Shown here: piece after piece, positions 53,973 to 64,000 of the stretch | Layout: each line of letters opens with the position of its first letter | Numbering within the stretch: position 1 is the first letter of the stretch | DNA from: Craspedostauros australis | Taxonomy: Eukaryota | Length of the DNA: 64,000 nucleotides | NCBI GenBank assembly: GCA_030167865.1 | Contig: JALAGF010001637.1 | Location: forward strand, 1-64,000 | Direction of reading: 5' to 3' | Notes under the pieces: generated by a model | The model's input: only the letters and a program-made list of their open reading frames with translations | Told to the model about the DNA's origin: nothing | The model's database searches: none | Translations under genes and position numbers: made by a program

Positions 53973-56420
53973 ATGACATCCAAAAAGGATCGCAAGAAGC
54001 TCGCATGCAAACCCCGCCACCGTCTCTGCTCGATCGTGTACGATGTCGAAACGCGCTTGCGCCCACTCGTGCAAGCACTGAATCAACATGGCTGGAACGA
54101 GCAGCACACGCAACCGATTCCATTGCTGGCCAATGAACGATGCGGATCCTGGTACACGTACCCGTTCCACTTGGATGCACTGCAATCGCTGTCAAGCTGC
54201 TACTTCAAGAGCACGGATGGCCATGCGCGCATGTGGCACGTCAGCTTGAAGCGCCTCAATCTCCGATTGATTGAGTTGTTGTCACAGCAGCAGCAGCAGC
54301 AACAGGCGGGCAGCGACGCATGGCAACCAGGCGTCATTCTTGTGGATGCCTCCGTCCGCAAGGTGCTTCCAGACAGCATGTCCAAAACCATACCAATCTG
54401 GGCCGCCGTGATCAATGCCTTGGTGCTGCGATATCGCGGCGAGGGAATCGGAGGGAGATCGTATGATGCACAGCCATCTCATGAGTCTGCGCCATGGGAT
54501 ACGTCGTTGCACGTGCCCGCGCATGCTGTTGCGGAAGAGGAACGATGCGCCATCGGGAACTTGCTGGATCAACGCGTGGAGGAAATGTACACGTCAGGTG
54601 TCATCATCGACCGCGAATGGCTTGTCCGATCAATGCGCAAGCCGTTGCGATGCGTTTGGCTTCCGCCTGACATTTCGGGAGATGGCATTTCCACTTTCCT
54701 GCAAGAAGAGGCGTGCAGAAGCAATCGCAATGCCGATACCAGTGGCGATAGCCATGCCAACAGCTTCCGATCATTCCAAGCACATCTCAACGAGCTGCGG
54801 CGTCGATACTACGTTCTGCTGTGTATCAACGCATCAGATCGTAACGACAGACACCGATGGCTGAATTTGGATGATCCCCACGTTGGGCAGAAATTCGTTT
54901 ACTTGCCAGGATCGGCCGACGATCATGAATCCTGGTCAAGCAGCCCGCACTTCTCGCCCAACTTGTTTTGGGCCAACAAGGTGGAGCTGCTGTCCCTGCG
55001 TGGGAGCAGGGACGACGACAACGGCGACCTCGATACAAGTCAAAGAGCTGTCGGTGGCAGCAAGCAACAAGCAGGCGCTACTCGCAACGACAACAGCAAC
55101 GTGACTCATGCACCACTGCAGAGCCAAAATCAGACTGGCAACACAGAAGGCATCGACGACAACAGCACTCGGAATGGAACACATGACGATCAGACCGAGC
55201 AACGCTTGCAACGTCTCATACAGACTTATCTGCGACGGAGACAGTCGGGCAGCGCAGAATTCGATTCCAATATGGCCAGAGGCTCATCAGCATCGGGCTG
55301 GAATGCTGTTGGCAAAACGAGACTGGCGATCGGTTCACGTCGAGCTGGACGGCCACCGGAGTGTTGGAATCAATTCTCAGCCATCCTCAATGTCACAACC
55401 ACAGAATATGAAGGTATTCATGATTCCCACAATAACGACAATCGTCAGAGTAAGGGAAGCAGCGGGAGCGAGAATGGCGCGGATCGCAAAGCTCAGGCTT
55501 CAACAGAACCACCAGCAGAATCATCATCACCATCGGCGCTGACAACGAAACCAGAAATCGCAGCGGCAAAACGTGAGCAAAACGAAACCGTATCACGGTA
55601 CTATTTGCAGCTGCTAGTCGAAGAAGGTAAACGAGACAAGATGGGACTCGAGAAGTGGCTCACCGTCGGAATCGTCTTCTGCGTGACACATCTCCTGTCT
55701 CTCGCGCATCAGCAAAGAGCACAGGTGCGACCGCTCTCTGATGCACCAATCGTCCTCATCCATTGCGCACAAGGCAAGGATCGGTCCGTGGCTGTGGCGA
55801 TGGCGGTCGTTCTCATCTTTGCCAAGCTCGACTCGTTTCCATTGCGATGGGATTGGGAGCTCATGGAGTTGGTAGCAAGGAATTGGATTGGCAATCGAGA
55901 TGTCAATGTCGCCGTGACTGACCAAGCCGCGGCAAATGCAGACGGCAACGCGGTCGATGATCTGGCAGAGTGCGATGGGTGCGATCCCCAATCGCGCTCG
56001 GGCCTTTCCGCAGATTTCGTGGAGCGATTGAAAGGACATGAAGGCCGAGACTTGCTGCTCGATTGGGTATCAGTGGCCCGTCGTCATCGTCATCGTCTTC
56101 ACCACCGCCACCATCAGCTCTCAGCTCCATCACGGCCATTTCAATTGCATTCCGAAGTAACACACAAGGCAGGAATAATTGAGGATTCAGCCCCCGCCTC
56201 CGCCGCTATCAAATCCATTCCTTCCAATTCCGAGTCTGGCGATGACGACAAAGAAACACGTATCAACAGCGAAGATGCGCCGTTTGCTTCGAAGGAACAT
56301 ATCCGTGTCGTGTTGCATTGGATTCGGCAGGACCGCGAGCATGCGGAGCCCACGCGATCAACGCTCCAGAAACTGAACCGGTATTTCCTGAGTCGCAGCC
56401 ATGAAGACTCTAGAGAGTAA
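53973..56420 (+). CDS. RIT1: Initiator tRNA phosphoribosyl transferase (tRNA A64-2'-O-ribosylphosphate transferase)
   Basis: Rit1 motifs ANERCGSWY, YFKSTDGH, SLKRLNL, LVDAS.RK.LPDSMSKTIPIWAAVIN, Y.PGSADDHESWS; C-terminal DUSP-like HCAQGKDRSV. Confidence 0.9.
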   Translation: MTSKKDRKKLACKPRHRLCSIVYDVETRLRPLVQALNQHGWNEQHTQPIPLLANERCGSWYTYPFHLDALQSLSSCYFKSTDGHARMWHVSLKRLNLRLIELLSQQQQQQQAGSDAWQPGVILVDASVRKVLPDSMSKTIPIWAAVINALVLRYRGEGIGGRSYDAQPSHESAPWDTSLHVPAHAVAEEERCAIGNLLDQRVEEMYTSGVIIDREWLVRSMRKPLRCVWLPPDISGDGISTFLQEEACRSNRNADTSGDSHANSFRSFQAHLNELRRRYYVLLCINASDRNDRHRWLNLDDPHVGQKFVYLPGSADDHESWSSSPHFSPNLFWANKVELLSLRGSRDDDNGDLDTSQRAVGGSKQQAGATRNDNSNVTHAPLQSQNQTGNTEGIDDNSTRNGTHDDQTEQRLQRLIQTYLRRRQSGSAEFDSNMARGSSASGWNAVGKTRLAIGSRRAGRPPECWNQFSAILNVTTTEYEGIHDSHNNDNRQSKGSSGSENGADRKAQASTEPPAESSSPSALTTKPEIAAAKREQNETVSRYYLQLLVEEGKRDKMGLEKWLTVGIVFCVTHLLSLAHQQRAQVRPLSDAPIVLIHCAQGKDRSVAVAMAVVLIFAKLDSFPLRWDWELMELVARNWIGNRDVNVAVTDQAAANADGNAVDDLAECDGCDPQSRSGLSADFVERLKGHEGRDLLLDWVSVARRHRHRLHHRHHQLSAPSRPFQLHSEVTHKAGIIEDSAPASAAIKSIPSNSESGDDDKETRINSEDAPFASKEHIRVVLHWIRQDREHAEPTRSTLQKLNRYFLSRSHEDSRE

Positions 56421-56666
56421 GAACTATGGTACGAGTACAAGCAATGAGAGAATTGTGTACTATTCGACATTGTTCAAACTGCATTCATTGGTCGACGTTG
56501 GAGTGCATGCATGCCGTATTAACCTGCTCTGAAGGTTGTGGCGAGACAGAAAGTCGTATCCCAGCAAGCACACACACTCCACCCAATGAGGCCTGGCATC
56601 ATGCCAGTGCGAGAGTGTCCTCGCGAATTAAAAATCACCGCCCAAGTGTTTGTCTCATTGTGTTGA

Positions 56667-58055
56667 TTATGGTGCTTCCGATTGCAACGCGGTTCGTTCG
56701 ATCATGCGCAGCAAAGGGCCTCGAGGGTCGTACGGGCTCAAGCAATCATCGCCGCACGGCAGCTCTATCCGTTGCATTGCAGTGTCTGGATTGTACGGGC
56801 TACCAGCGCCATGCAACAGCCGCTTTGTGTTCTCGACCCCGAAGTGTTCCACGAATCCCTGGATCCAAGATCGTGCTTCATCACCGCAGGGAGGTCCTGG
56901 ATTTTTTATGGATCTGTTGCCGGCGTCGTGCCACTTATCAGTCCTGTTTTCCATCTTGTCACGCCGGTCGTTCCGATTCAGAAAGCTCTCGTAGGATCCG
57001 ATGTAGTGGTTGATTCGGAGGATATCGTGTTGCTGTCCCCATGCACTCGGACATTGATCCAGCAAGAGCTGATGGGTGGATATCTTCCGCTTCGCAAAGT
57101 GCAGCCTGGACACATCCCCGATCGCCTTGCCGAAGTACTTCTGCCCTTCAGTGTGCCGAAATCGAAGCGTCTGAAATCGATACGGGTCCAGGAAGTCGGG
57201 GACTCCGCGACGGACATGTTCATCCGGACTTTCCATGGGGCTGTACTGCAGGCGCAGCAAGGTCACGCACTTGCCTTCGAACTGGCTTTCCCCTCCCATG
57301 GCTTGACGCTGTTGGATGAGCTGCAAGAGGTTGAAGACGCTGCCCGGCTGTGACAGCCTCTGCGATACGTTGGCCACCTCGTCACTTCTGAAGACGATGA
57401 ATTCATCCGTGTCGATGAACATGGTCCACGTGCGGTTGTTCTCTTGAAGGTGCATCGCGCAACCGCGATAGAACTCCGCCTGGTTCCTCAGATGGACGGT
57501 GTAGTCCCGCGTGCCACGTTGCTCCGGATCCGCCGTTCGCAGCACAGCCCGTTCCAGGGCCTGGATCCGTAGCAGCTGATTCTTGTCCGCAATGAATTGC
57601 GTCTGATTTTGCCACACCTTGATCTCCATGAGTCCCTCCCACCGTCTCACGATGGGTTCGAGGTGCTGAGTGCTCTTTGGATCTCGGAAGATGATGAGGG
57701 TCCGCAGTGAGAAGGTGTAGTACTGGTACGCAATCCATTCAACCAGTCGTTGGGAGTCATCCATCCAGATGAGACATGCCGACGACGCGTTGCGCGCATC
57801 AATGTCCAGGGAAGGCGGCGGCTGGATCGGGACGTGGATCGTGGTGGAGTCACTCATGTCATGCCCGTTGGCATCAATTGATGCGCTTCCATGGTGGGCC
57901 TCGGTGGTAAAGTACGCATTCCTTGAGTTGCCGCTTCGGAGATCGATGGATCGAATGGGCGACCGCAGGATTGACAGCACGCTGATGACCAACAGAGACG
58001 CAACTGCAATGATCGCTTTGTTGTTCCTCTTTGGAAGCGTCGTTGCCGATTCCAT
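56667..58055 (-). CDS. Type II membrane GT-A-fold glycosyltransferase-like protein (GT92/DUF23-like)
   Basis: N-terminal signal anchor AIIAVASLLVISVLSIL; SACLIWMDD..RLVEWIAY; DxD motif WTMFIDTDEF; RINHYIGS. Confidence 0.75.
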   Translation of the reverse strand: MESATTLPKRNNKAIIAVASLLVISVLSILRSPIRSIDLRSGNSRNAYFTTEAHHGSASIDANGHDMSDSTTIHVPIQPPPSLDIDARNASSACLIWMDDSQRLVEWIAYQYYTFSLRTLIIFRDPKSTQHLEPIVRRWEGLMEIKVWQNQTQFIADKNQLLRIQALERAVLRTADPEQRGTRDYTVHLRNQAEFYRGCAMHLQENNRTWTMFIDTDEFIVFRSDEVANVSQRLSQPGSVFNLLQLIQQRQAMGGESQFEGKCVTLLRLQYSPMESPDEHVRRGVPDFLDPYRFQTLRFRHTEGQKYFGKAIGDVSRLHFAKRKISTHQLLLDQCPSAWGQQHDILRINHYIGSYESFLNRNDRRDKMENRTDKWHDAGNRSIKNPGPPCGDEARSWIQGFVEHFGVENTKRLLHGAGSPYNPDTAMQRIELPCGDDCLSPYDPRGPLLRMIERTALQSEAP

Positions 58056-58863
58056 TGCTGCTGGTTTCGGATGTGACTCGTGCAATTCCCTGCTTTCGTT
58101 TACTATGGGTATGAAGGCGCAATCGTCAGCAGCCTACTAATAGTACGACTACATGCTGTACCAGTGTCGTCGGAAGTATCGTGCTCGTTCGGTGTGTTTG
58201 GCGGTGCGCATTTAGTACAGCGTATCGCGACAGGTTTTCCAATCCAATCTCCCACGTCATACAAATCGTATTAATCAAAGTACTTGTTCGAGGTTGTACT
58301 CAGGAACAACTCCCGTTGACTCCAAACAGCTCCTACCAGAGAACACAATGGCCAAGCCAACACATCTTCTGTGGCCCAGCGCACACTTTGACACATCGGA
58401 AGACGCGGCACCACATCATGCATCCCTGCTGTCAACATCGCACATCAACCGCGCACAAAGGCTATTGCGGGTGCTGCGAAGGACTTTCGCAAATCCCAGT
58501 TATTTTATCATGTTATAGAATACTACCGAGACTTCTGGAGCCCCCAAACTGGCTTTTCTCTGTTCTTCGCTGAGGAAACAGGCACCAATCTCGACGCATG
58601 CACAAAACGAGTACGTGTACTTGGCGAGTCCGGACAGATGGTACGGCTAGATTCGATGAGGACTTGTATGGTGGACGGTGAAAGGAAAGGAGATGCCCTA
58701 GATTCTTGGCGTTATCGGGACTGCTCCCGATGCTTTGCATGGCGATGCATCTCTGCGAGTAGAGAGTAATCTGCTTTCCATTGAGATGAATCGAGTCAAG
58801 TTGCGTTACGTTGCCGTTGTGAAGCACCGGCCAAAATCTATTGTACGTACAGCTGAGATCATC

Positions 58864-61800
58864 TCATGGCGCTGAGATGCTATCTGCTTCAGTTGCTGTC
58901 GTCTCCGTCTCATCTGTGCTGCTGTCGCCCTTCTTTGTCAGCGCGACATTCTTCGTCGACCCGCCAGCTGCGCCGACCTTTTCCAACACACCCAGGAAGG
59001 TCTCGCTGGCCCACGTGCTGTACCGCTTCTCCCCGCCGAATGACGGACTCGCCATGTGGTTGGAGAGGAATGTGACGGTTTGCAGGGTGTACTGGAACAG
59101 CGGCTTGACACCCCCCTTGCGCCCGTACCGCAGATTCGTCTCGGCCAACGCAGCCACGTCTTTCGTGAACTCCGTCAGCACCTTCCAATTGCTCTTCCTT
59201 TGCGTCAGGCTCGGCAGAACCTTGACGATTATCTGGCCGAGGATGGAGAAGGCATGCACTCTGGAGACGTCAGCGTCGAGGCTCGGTTGCTTGGAAACCA
59301 TGAGCTGCAGGATCGTCACCCATTTTTCGTCCTCTACGTCCTCGGTCTCCGTTGACATGACGTGTCGTTGGAAGTATTCCCAGCCCACCTTGGATGCGTC
59401 GGGGTCGTCCGATTTGCAAACGCTGTAAAATGCAATGGCCACTCGGTACCACAGCTCTTCATCTGGGACCAGCCGAGGAGGCGTCGCACCTCCGTTTTTC
59501 GTCACGTGCTGGATCTGATTGATTTTGACGGTATGCTTGTACGTCTTTTCTACGCATGCCATCGCTGGATTTGCGAGTGACACGTCCCCGCTATATGCGC
59601 CGTAGATGTATTTGAACAAAACCCGCTGGAGTGTGGTGCATGCCACGACCGAAAGGGTCGGCTTTTCCTTGAGCAGCTTCGAGTACACTTTCAGGCTCCC
59701 GCCTTCTGCTTCCGATGGCACGGCGAATTCCACGGTTGACGCGATGCCGTCAAAGACGAGACCGCGGGCCGCCGTGTAGATGGCGAGCATGTCGAAGAGA
59801 TCGCCGATGCATTTCCATTCATCCTGCGATTGGAACAGGAAGAATGAAGACCGCAGGATGATGGCGAGACCGCAGGCCATGCGGTCCGAGATGTATCCCA
59901 TGAAGTCACCTCTGGGCAGAGTCGACATCTGAACCAACGACTTGCTCAGTTCGGGTCGGATCTGCGTGTTTGTGCGTCAAGACAATACCGATGGTGGCGG
60001 CGACGGCGACGACGATAATGTTGAGGGGAAGAAAAATAGTTGTCGTGATACCAGTGTTGATGCGCAACGCAGCCAACACATGAATGCATGAATACGAAAA
60101 GCACGCAGTCGGGCAGGTGGTGTTTTTGTGAGGTGGAGTGCGAATAAGCATTGGATCATGTACCGCACTCGTTTAAGTACACTCAGATTGAGAGAGGGAG
60201 GGATACAGACAAAGACATTTGGTACACACCAGCTCTTTTCCAGCACAACACACAACCACGAGCGCACATCCAGTTCCAGTCACACTGCTGGGAGCAACGA
60301 TCACACAAACAACACATATCAAATAACAAACGACACACTGCAATACGTACATTTGCGTAAAGATGGATGCTCGATCTCAGCATTGTGACGATCATCCGCT
60401 CCACCAAAAATGGAAACGGTGGCTCCTCCTCATCCTTCATCTTGGAAAGGAAGGATTGAAACTTGACTAGGAACAGCGGGAACAGCTTGGAAGCTCGTTC
60501 GCGGTTGGCCAGCAACGCGCGGGTGGCGAGTTCCAGAGCGAACGCCCTGTGCTGCTCGAAGGTCGGGGTCCGCGTCGACGAAAAGTCGTCGATATTCTCC
60601 AGCAGTTTGGCGATGCTGTGCTTGACGATGGGGAAGCGCACCTTCGATGTCAAAAGCATGAATTTATCGATCTCCGATCTCTCTGCGACCTGTAGCAGCG
60701 TGCGAGCGTTAGCGGCCAGCTCCGTCCGTTCCGATCCCATATCAATTTCCAAAATGGGCGGTTCAGCATCCAACTCATCTCCGTCTTCTCGCCTCCCGCG
60801 CTTTCCAAACAGAGGAAGACGGAACCACCCTTTACGATCAGCGGGGTTCTCCTCGTTTGAACCTCGGTAGTAGTCGTCCAGGATTCGTTGCGATTCGTCG
60901 GCGTACGGTGACAGGGGGAGCACGTTGCCGTCGCTGTCGGCAAAGTCATCAAGGTCCGCCAATCCGGCAGGCAGAGCTCGCGCGTCACGCATCACGCACA
61001 GCACCTCGATGAGCGATGGCCAGGCCTCGCGGACTCGAGGGAAGAGCGCTCGCACTATTTTCAGGGCCATGTGGAGTGCCAGCAGCCCTCTGTAGGCAGC
61101 GCTTCCGGATATATCAGTCCGCTTGGGGTCGACGGATGTCATCTCCCTGGCCCTCAGGAGTGCCTGGGGGATGGGCGAGTCTGGATCCACGAGACTCATG
61201 GTTTCGTCGTCCTCTGGCGAGGGGTTGATGGGCGCGCCGCTTTCGATGCCGGAGAATTCGAGGGAGATGCAACCGACGACGAAGTCTCTGCCATGGATGA
61301 GCAAGAAGTTGAGGATGTCGTTGAGGATCTTGTCCAGACCGAAGAACGTGCTGATCTTGGCCATCTGCTCGAATCCCTTCAGCGTCTCCACGATGGTGCC
61401 ATCATCCCACGACCGCACGAATGCACTGGAGAGCGCCTTCAGTGCTGGCTTGGCAATGGAAAGGAACATGTCCTTCTCGTGGACACCGGCCTGGTACATC
61501 GTCTTGCGGGCTTCGTCCACGGTCGTGAACAGCGGCGTGGCGACATTCTTTGCCAGCAGATCATCCCAGGCCGAACGGATGTCCTCGGCCGTGGTAGCGT
61601 CGGAGCTTTTGATGAACTCTCCGATCTCGCGCTGCAGCTGGATCTCCGTTTGCTTGATGTGCTCGTAGAGGGCCTTGAGCATGTCTCCCGGGAGATCTTC
61701 GCCATCGTTGATGCCGCGGTTGTTCCGGATGAATTGTTCGCAAGTCATGCGGTTTTGGTCCTTGATGGTTGGGTTGTGGAGATCGGTGTTGAGCATGATC

Positions 61801-63956
61801 GTGGAGAAGGCCAAGACGAAGACGGCGTCGGAGCTCTTGAAGATGGAGCCTTCGCCTTGCTGGCGGTACAGTTCCTTGGAGAATGCCTCCATGAAACGGT
61901 CGATGCACTGCGCTTCGCCTGGCATCCTGAACTTGGAGAGGAAGAGACGCAGGCACGATGCGAAATCTGTGTCCTTGGAGAAGTCGAAGAGCTGGACGAA
62001 CTCCTCACGGACTTCGTGTTCGAAGGGGTAAGAGCTCGCTGGGCCGATGCCGAGGTACTCGCCGATCTTGGCTTTGTCGAGGCCAGGCGCCGAGTACAGC
62101 ATCTTCGCGACGCTGTGCGCAGTGTCATCGATGAGCTTGAATTCCTTGGCGATTTGAATCCACTCCTTGCTGGTGACGCGGTCGTTGAATTCCTTGGCGA
62201 CCTTCGACCAGGCGTGCTTCTTCTGCTTGCGTTCGCGCAGCTCTTCTTCCGTGACTTGCTCGCCCGCCTCGTCCTCCATGGAATCTGAGTTTGAAAATGA
62301 CTTGGACGAACGCGCGTTGCTGCAACGTCGGGCGATGGAATCGATGATGGCCATGAGACCTTCGAGGGCGAGGATGTTGAGCACGTTGAGGGGGACTTCG
62401 GCTGCCGCGGCCGCCGCCTTGAGCGCGATGGCTTTGTTCTGCTGCTGGATGCCCGGCCGACCGAGGCCCCTCTCGACGGACCGGTCCATCTCCACCGTCA
62501 GATGCGTCTCGCCTGTGCAGAAGCCGGATGGTGCCGCCACGTTGCCCAAGGTCGCGCATATGCAGTCGTAGAGGTTGGTGCACTGGACGTCGCAGTCGTA
62601 GTTGAGGTAGATGTCCTTCATGAGCGCTGGTTCCTGGCAGAATTCCAGCAAACTCTCGAGCGCCACCTCGCGCTCCTCGAAGACGTCTGAATGCTCGGCG
62701 ATTCTGAGATGGACGCTGGTGAGGAAGACCTCGAGTGGGACCTTGATGTGATTGCGGATCGTTTGGAAGAGGTTGAAGATGACCCTGAGCGTGAGGTTGA
62801 GGATGACGAGGTCGTGCGTCGTGCTCCACTGCAGCAGGAACTTGCAGAGGTCGTTCTGCAGGATGGCCACCTCGTTGGGCGAGGGGTCGTCCCTCATGGT
62901 TTCCAGCGCGATGTTGACCAAGGACAGTGAGTTGACGGCGTAGGCATCCGAATTTTGCTGCGGGTTGAGGAGGGACGCTAGCTTGGCCAAGATGGCCTCC
63001 CTGACCTTGCGCAATTCCGACTGGCAGAAGACGTGCAGGACCATCTGACCGAGCGCGTCGGAGGCCGCGCTCTTGAGCAAGCCGCTGGCGTGCTTGGCGC
63101 GATGGGAGACGTGCAGACAGGTGTCCAGGAGGCCGACGACGAGAGCAGTTTCCAGCAAATGCGATGCGTAGCGCACCACCAACGCGGACAGCTCGAGCAA
63201 TTTGAGCACGACCTGCTCATCCTCCCTCTCCTGCGTGCCCACGTTGAAGACGTTGCGCGTGACGCGGTCCTGATTTCCCGGCACCGTGTCGGACGCTCCG
63301 TTGGTCTCCTCGAAGGTGCACTGCAGCAGCGCATCCGCAATGGTGGCGTATGACTTTGGCGCGCTGGCGTTGTTGAAGAATCCGTAGAGGAGGAACTTGT
63401 GCAAGGCGTTGAGCGCGGCGCCCGTGATCCTCGCGCTGATATCCCTGCCGCGAATGGCGGCGCAGAATGGTTGCAGGTACATCCTCGGTTCCGGCTGCCT
63501 TTGGTGATGCAGCACGTCCCACTCCCCCAGCATCGAATGCAAGTCTCTGAGCTGCAGCAGCAGCGGATGATGTTCGTCGGTGGGCAGTTCCTCGACGAAG
63601 CGGAGAGGGGACACGTACCTGGCGTCGGCCCTCATGGCGTTGAGAACGTTGTGAATCTCGCCCTTGATGACCTTGCACACGCTGGTTGGATGGATGAGGA
63701 GCGCTGGCGATGCTGTTTGCGGGAACGGCATGGGAGGGCTTGCTGATTGAGGCATCGACGCACCGTGTGGCTTGCCGCGCGGACCCCGTCCGTTCATGTG
63801 CTTGCCGGATTGCGGATGGGGCCGATTCTGGCCGTGACCCCGGCCCTCGCCATTGCGACGTTGCTGGGGATGCTGCGGTCTCCTCTGCGCTCCGGGTTTG
63901 GCCTTCCCATCATGCGCGATGCCGTTGCCGTTGCCAGGGCCGCCCTGTCTCGGCAT
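58864..63956 (-). CDS. GBF1: Sec7-domain ARF guanine-nucleotide exchange factor, GBF1/GNOM type; exons 63956(or upstream)-60351 and 59961-58864
   Basis: DCB-like YLQPF...ITGAALNALHKFL; HUS motif YLNYDCD; Sec7 IGEYLG, FRMPGEAQCIDRFME, FSTIMLNTDLHN, FIRNNRGINDGEDLP. Intron AAT|GTACGT ... GCAG|ATC joins in frame. The frame stays open to the window edge, so the gene may be 5'-truncated. Confidence 0.92.
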
Positions 63957-64000
63957 GGGCTTGCCGTCTGGATTGCCGTTCTGGCTGCGATACCTGGGGT

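Noticed and set aside
1-64000. Window as an operon or biosynthetic/defence gene cluster
   Set aside because: Genes alternate in orientation and have unrelated functions; no shared pathway is supportable from sequence.

Overview
Eukaryotic, gene-dense genomic DNA, most likely from a diatom. The evidence is GT-AG introns, bipartite plastid-targeting presequences, DUF6824-type domains and a diatom-style formin. I find about 21 protein-coding genes and no supportable rRNA, tRNA, CRISPR array or transposon. Seven genes are only evident after manual splicing across reading frames: two globins, N-myristoyltransferase, a Cys/His-domain protein, a tandem CP12, a 2OG-Fe(II) oxygenase and a GBF1-type ARF-GEF. 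The most striking feature is one uninterrupted ORF (28977-31883) that fuses an MTHFR-like flavin TIM-barrel domain to a cryptochrome/photolyase. Other notable items: a paralogous pair of neuroglobin-like globins sharing the ancestral B12.2 intron, one extended by a helical repeat stalk and a membrane anchor; a plastid-targeted two-domain CP12; a USP-fold protein lacking the His box; a Vti1-like SNARE with no TM anchor; and an intronless bacterial-type SDR. All family calls come from motif recognition by eye; no database searches were run.
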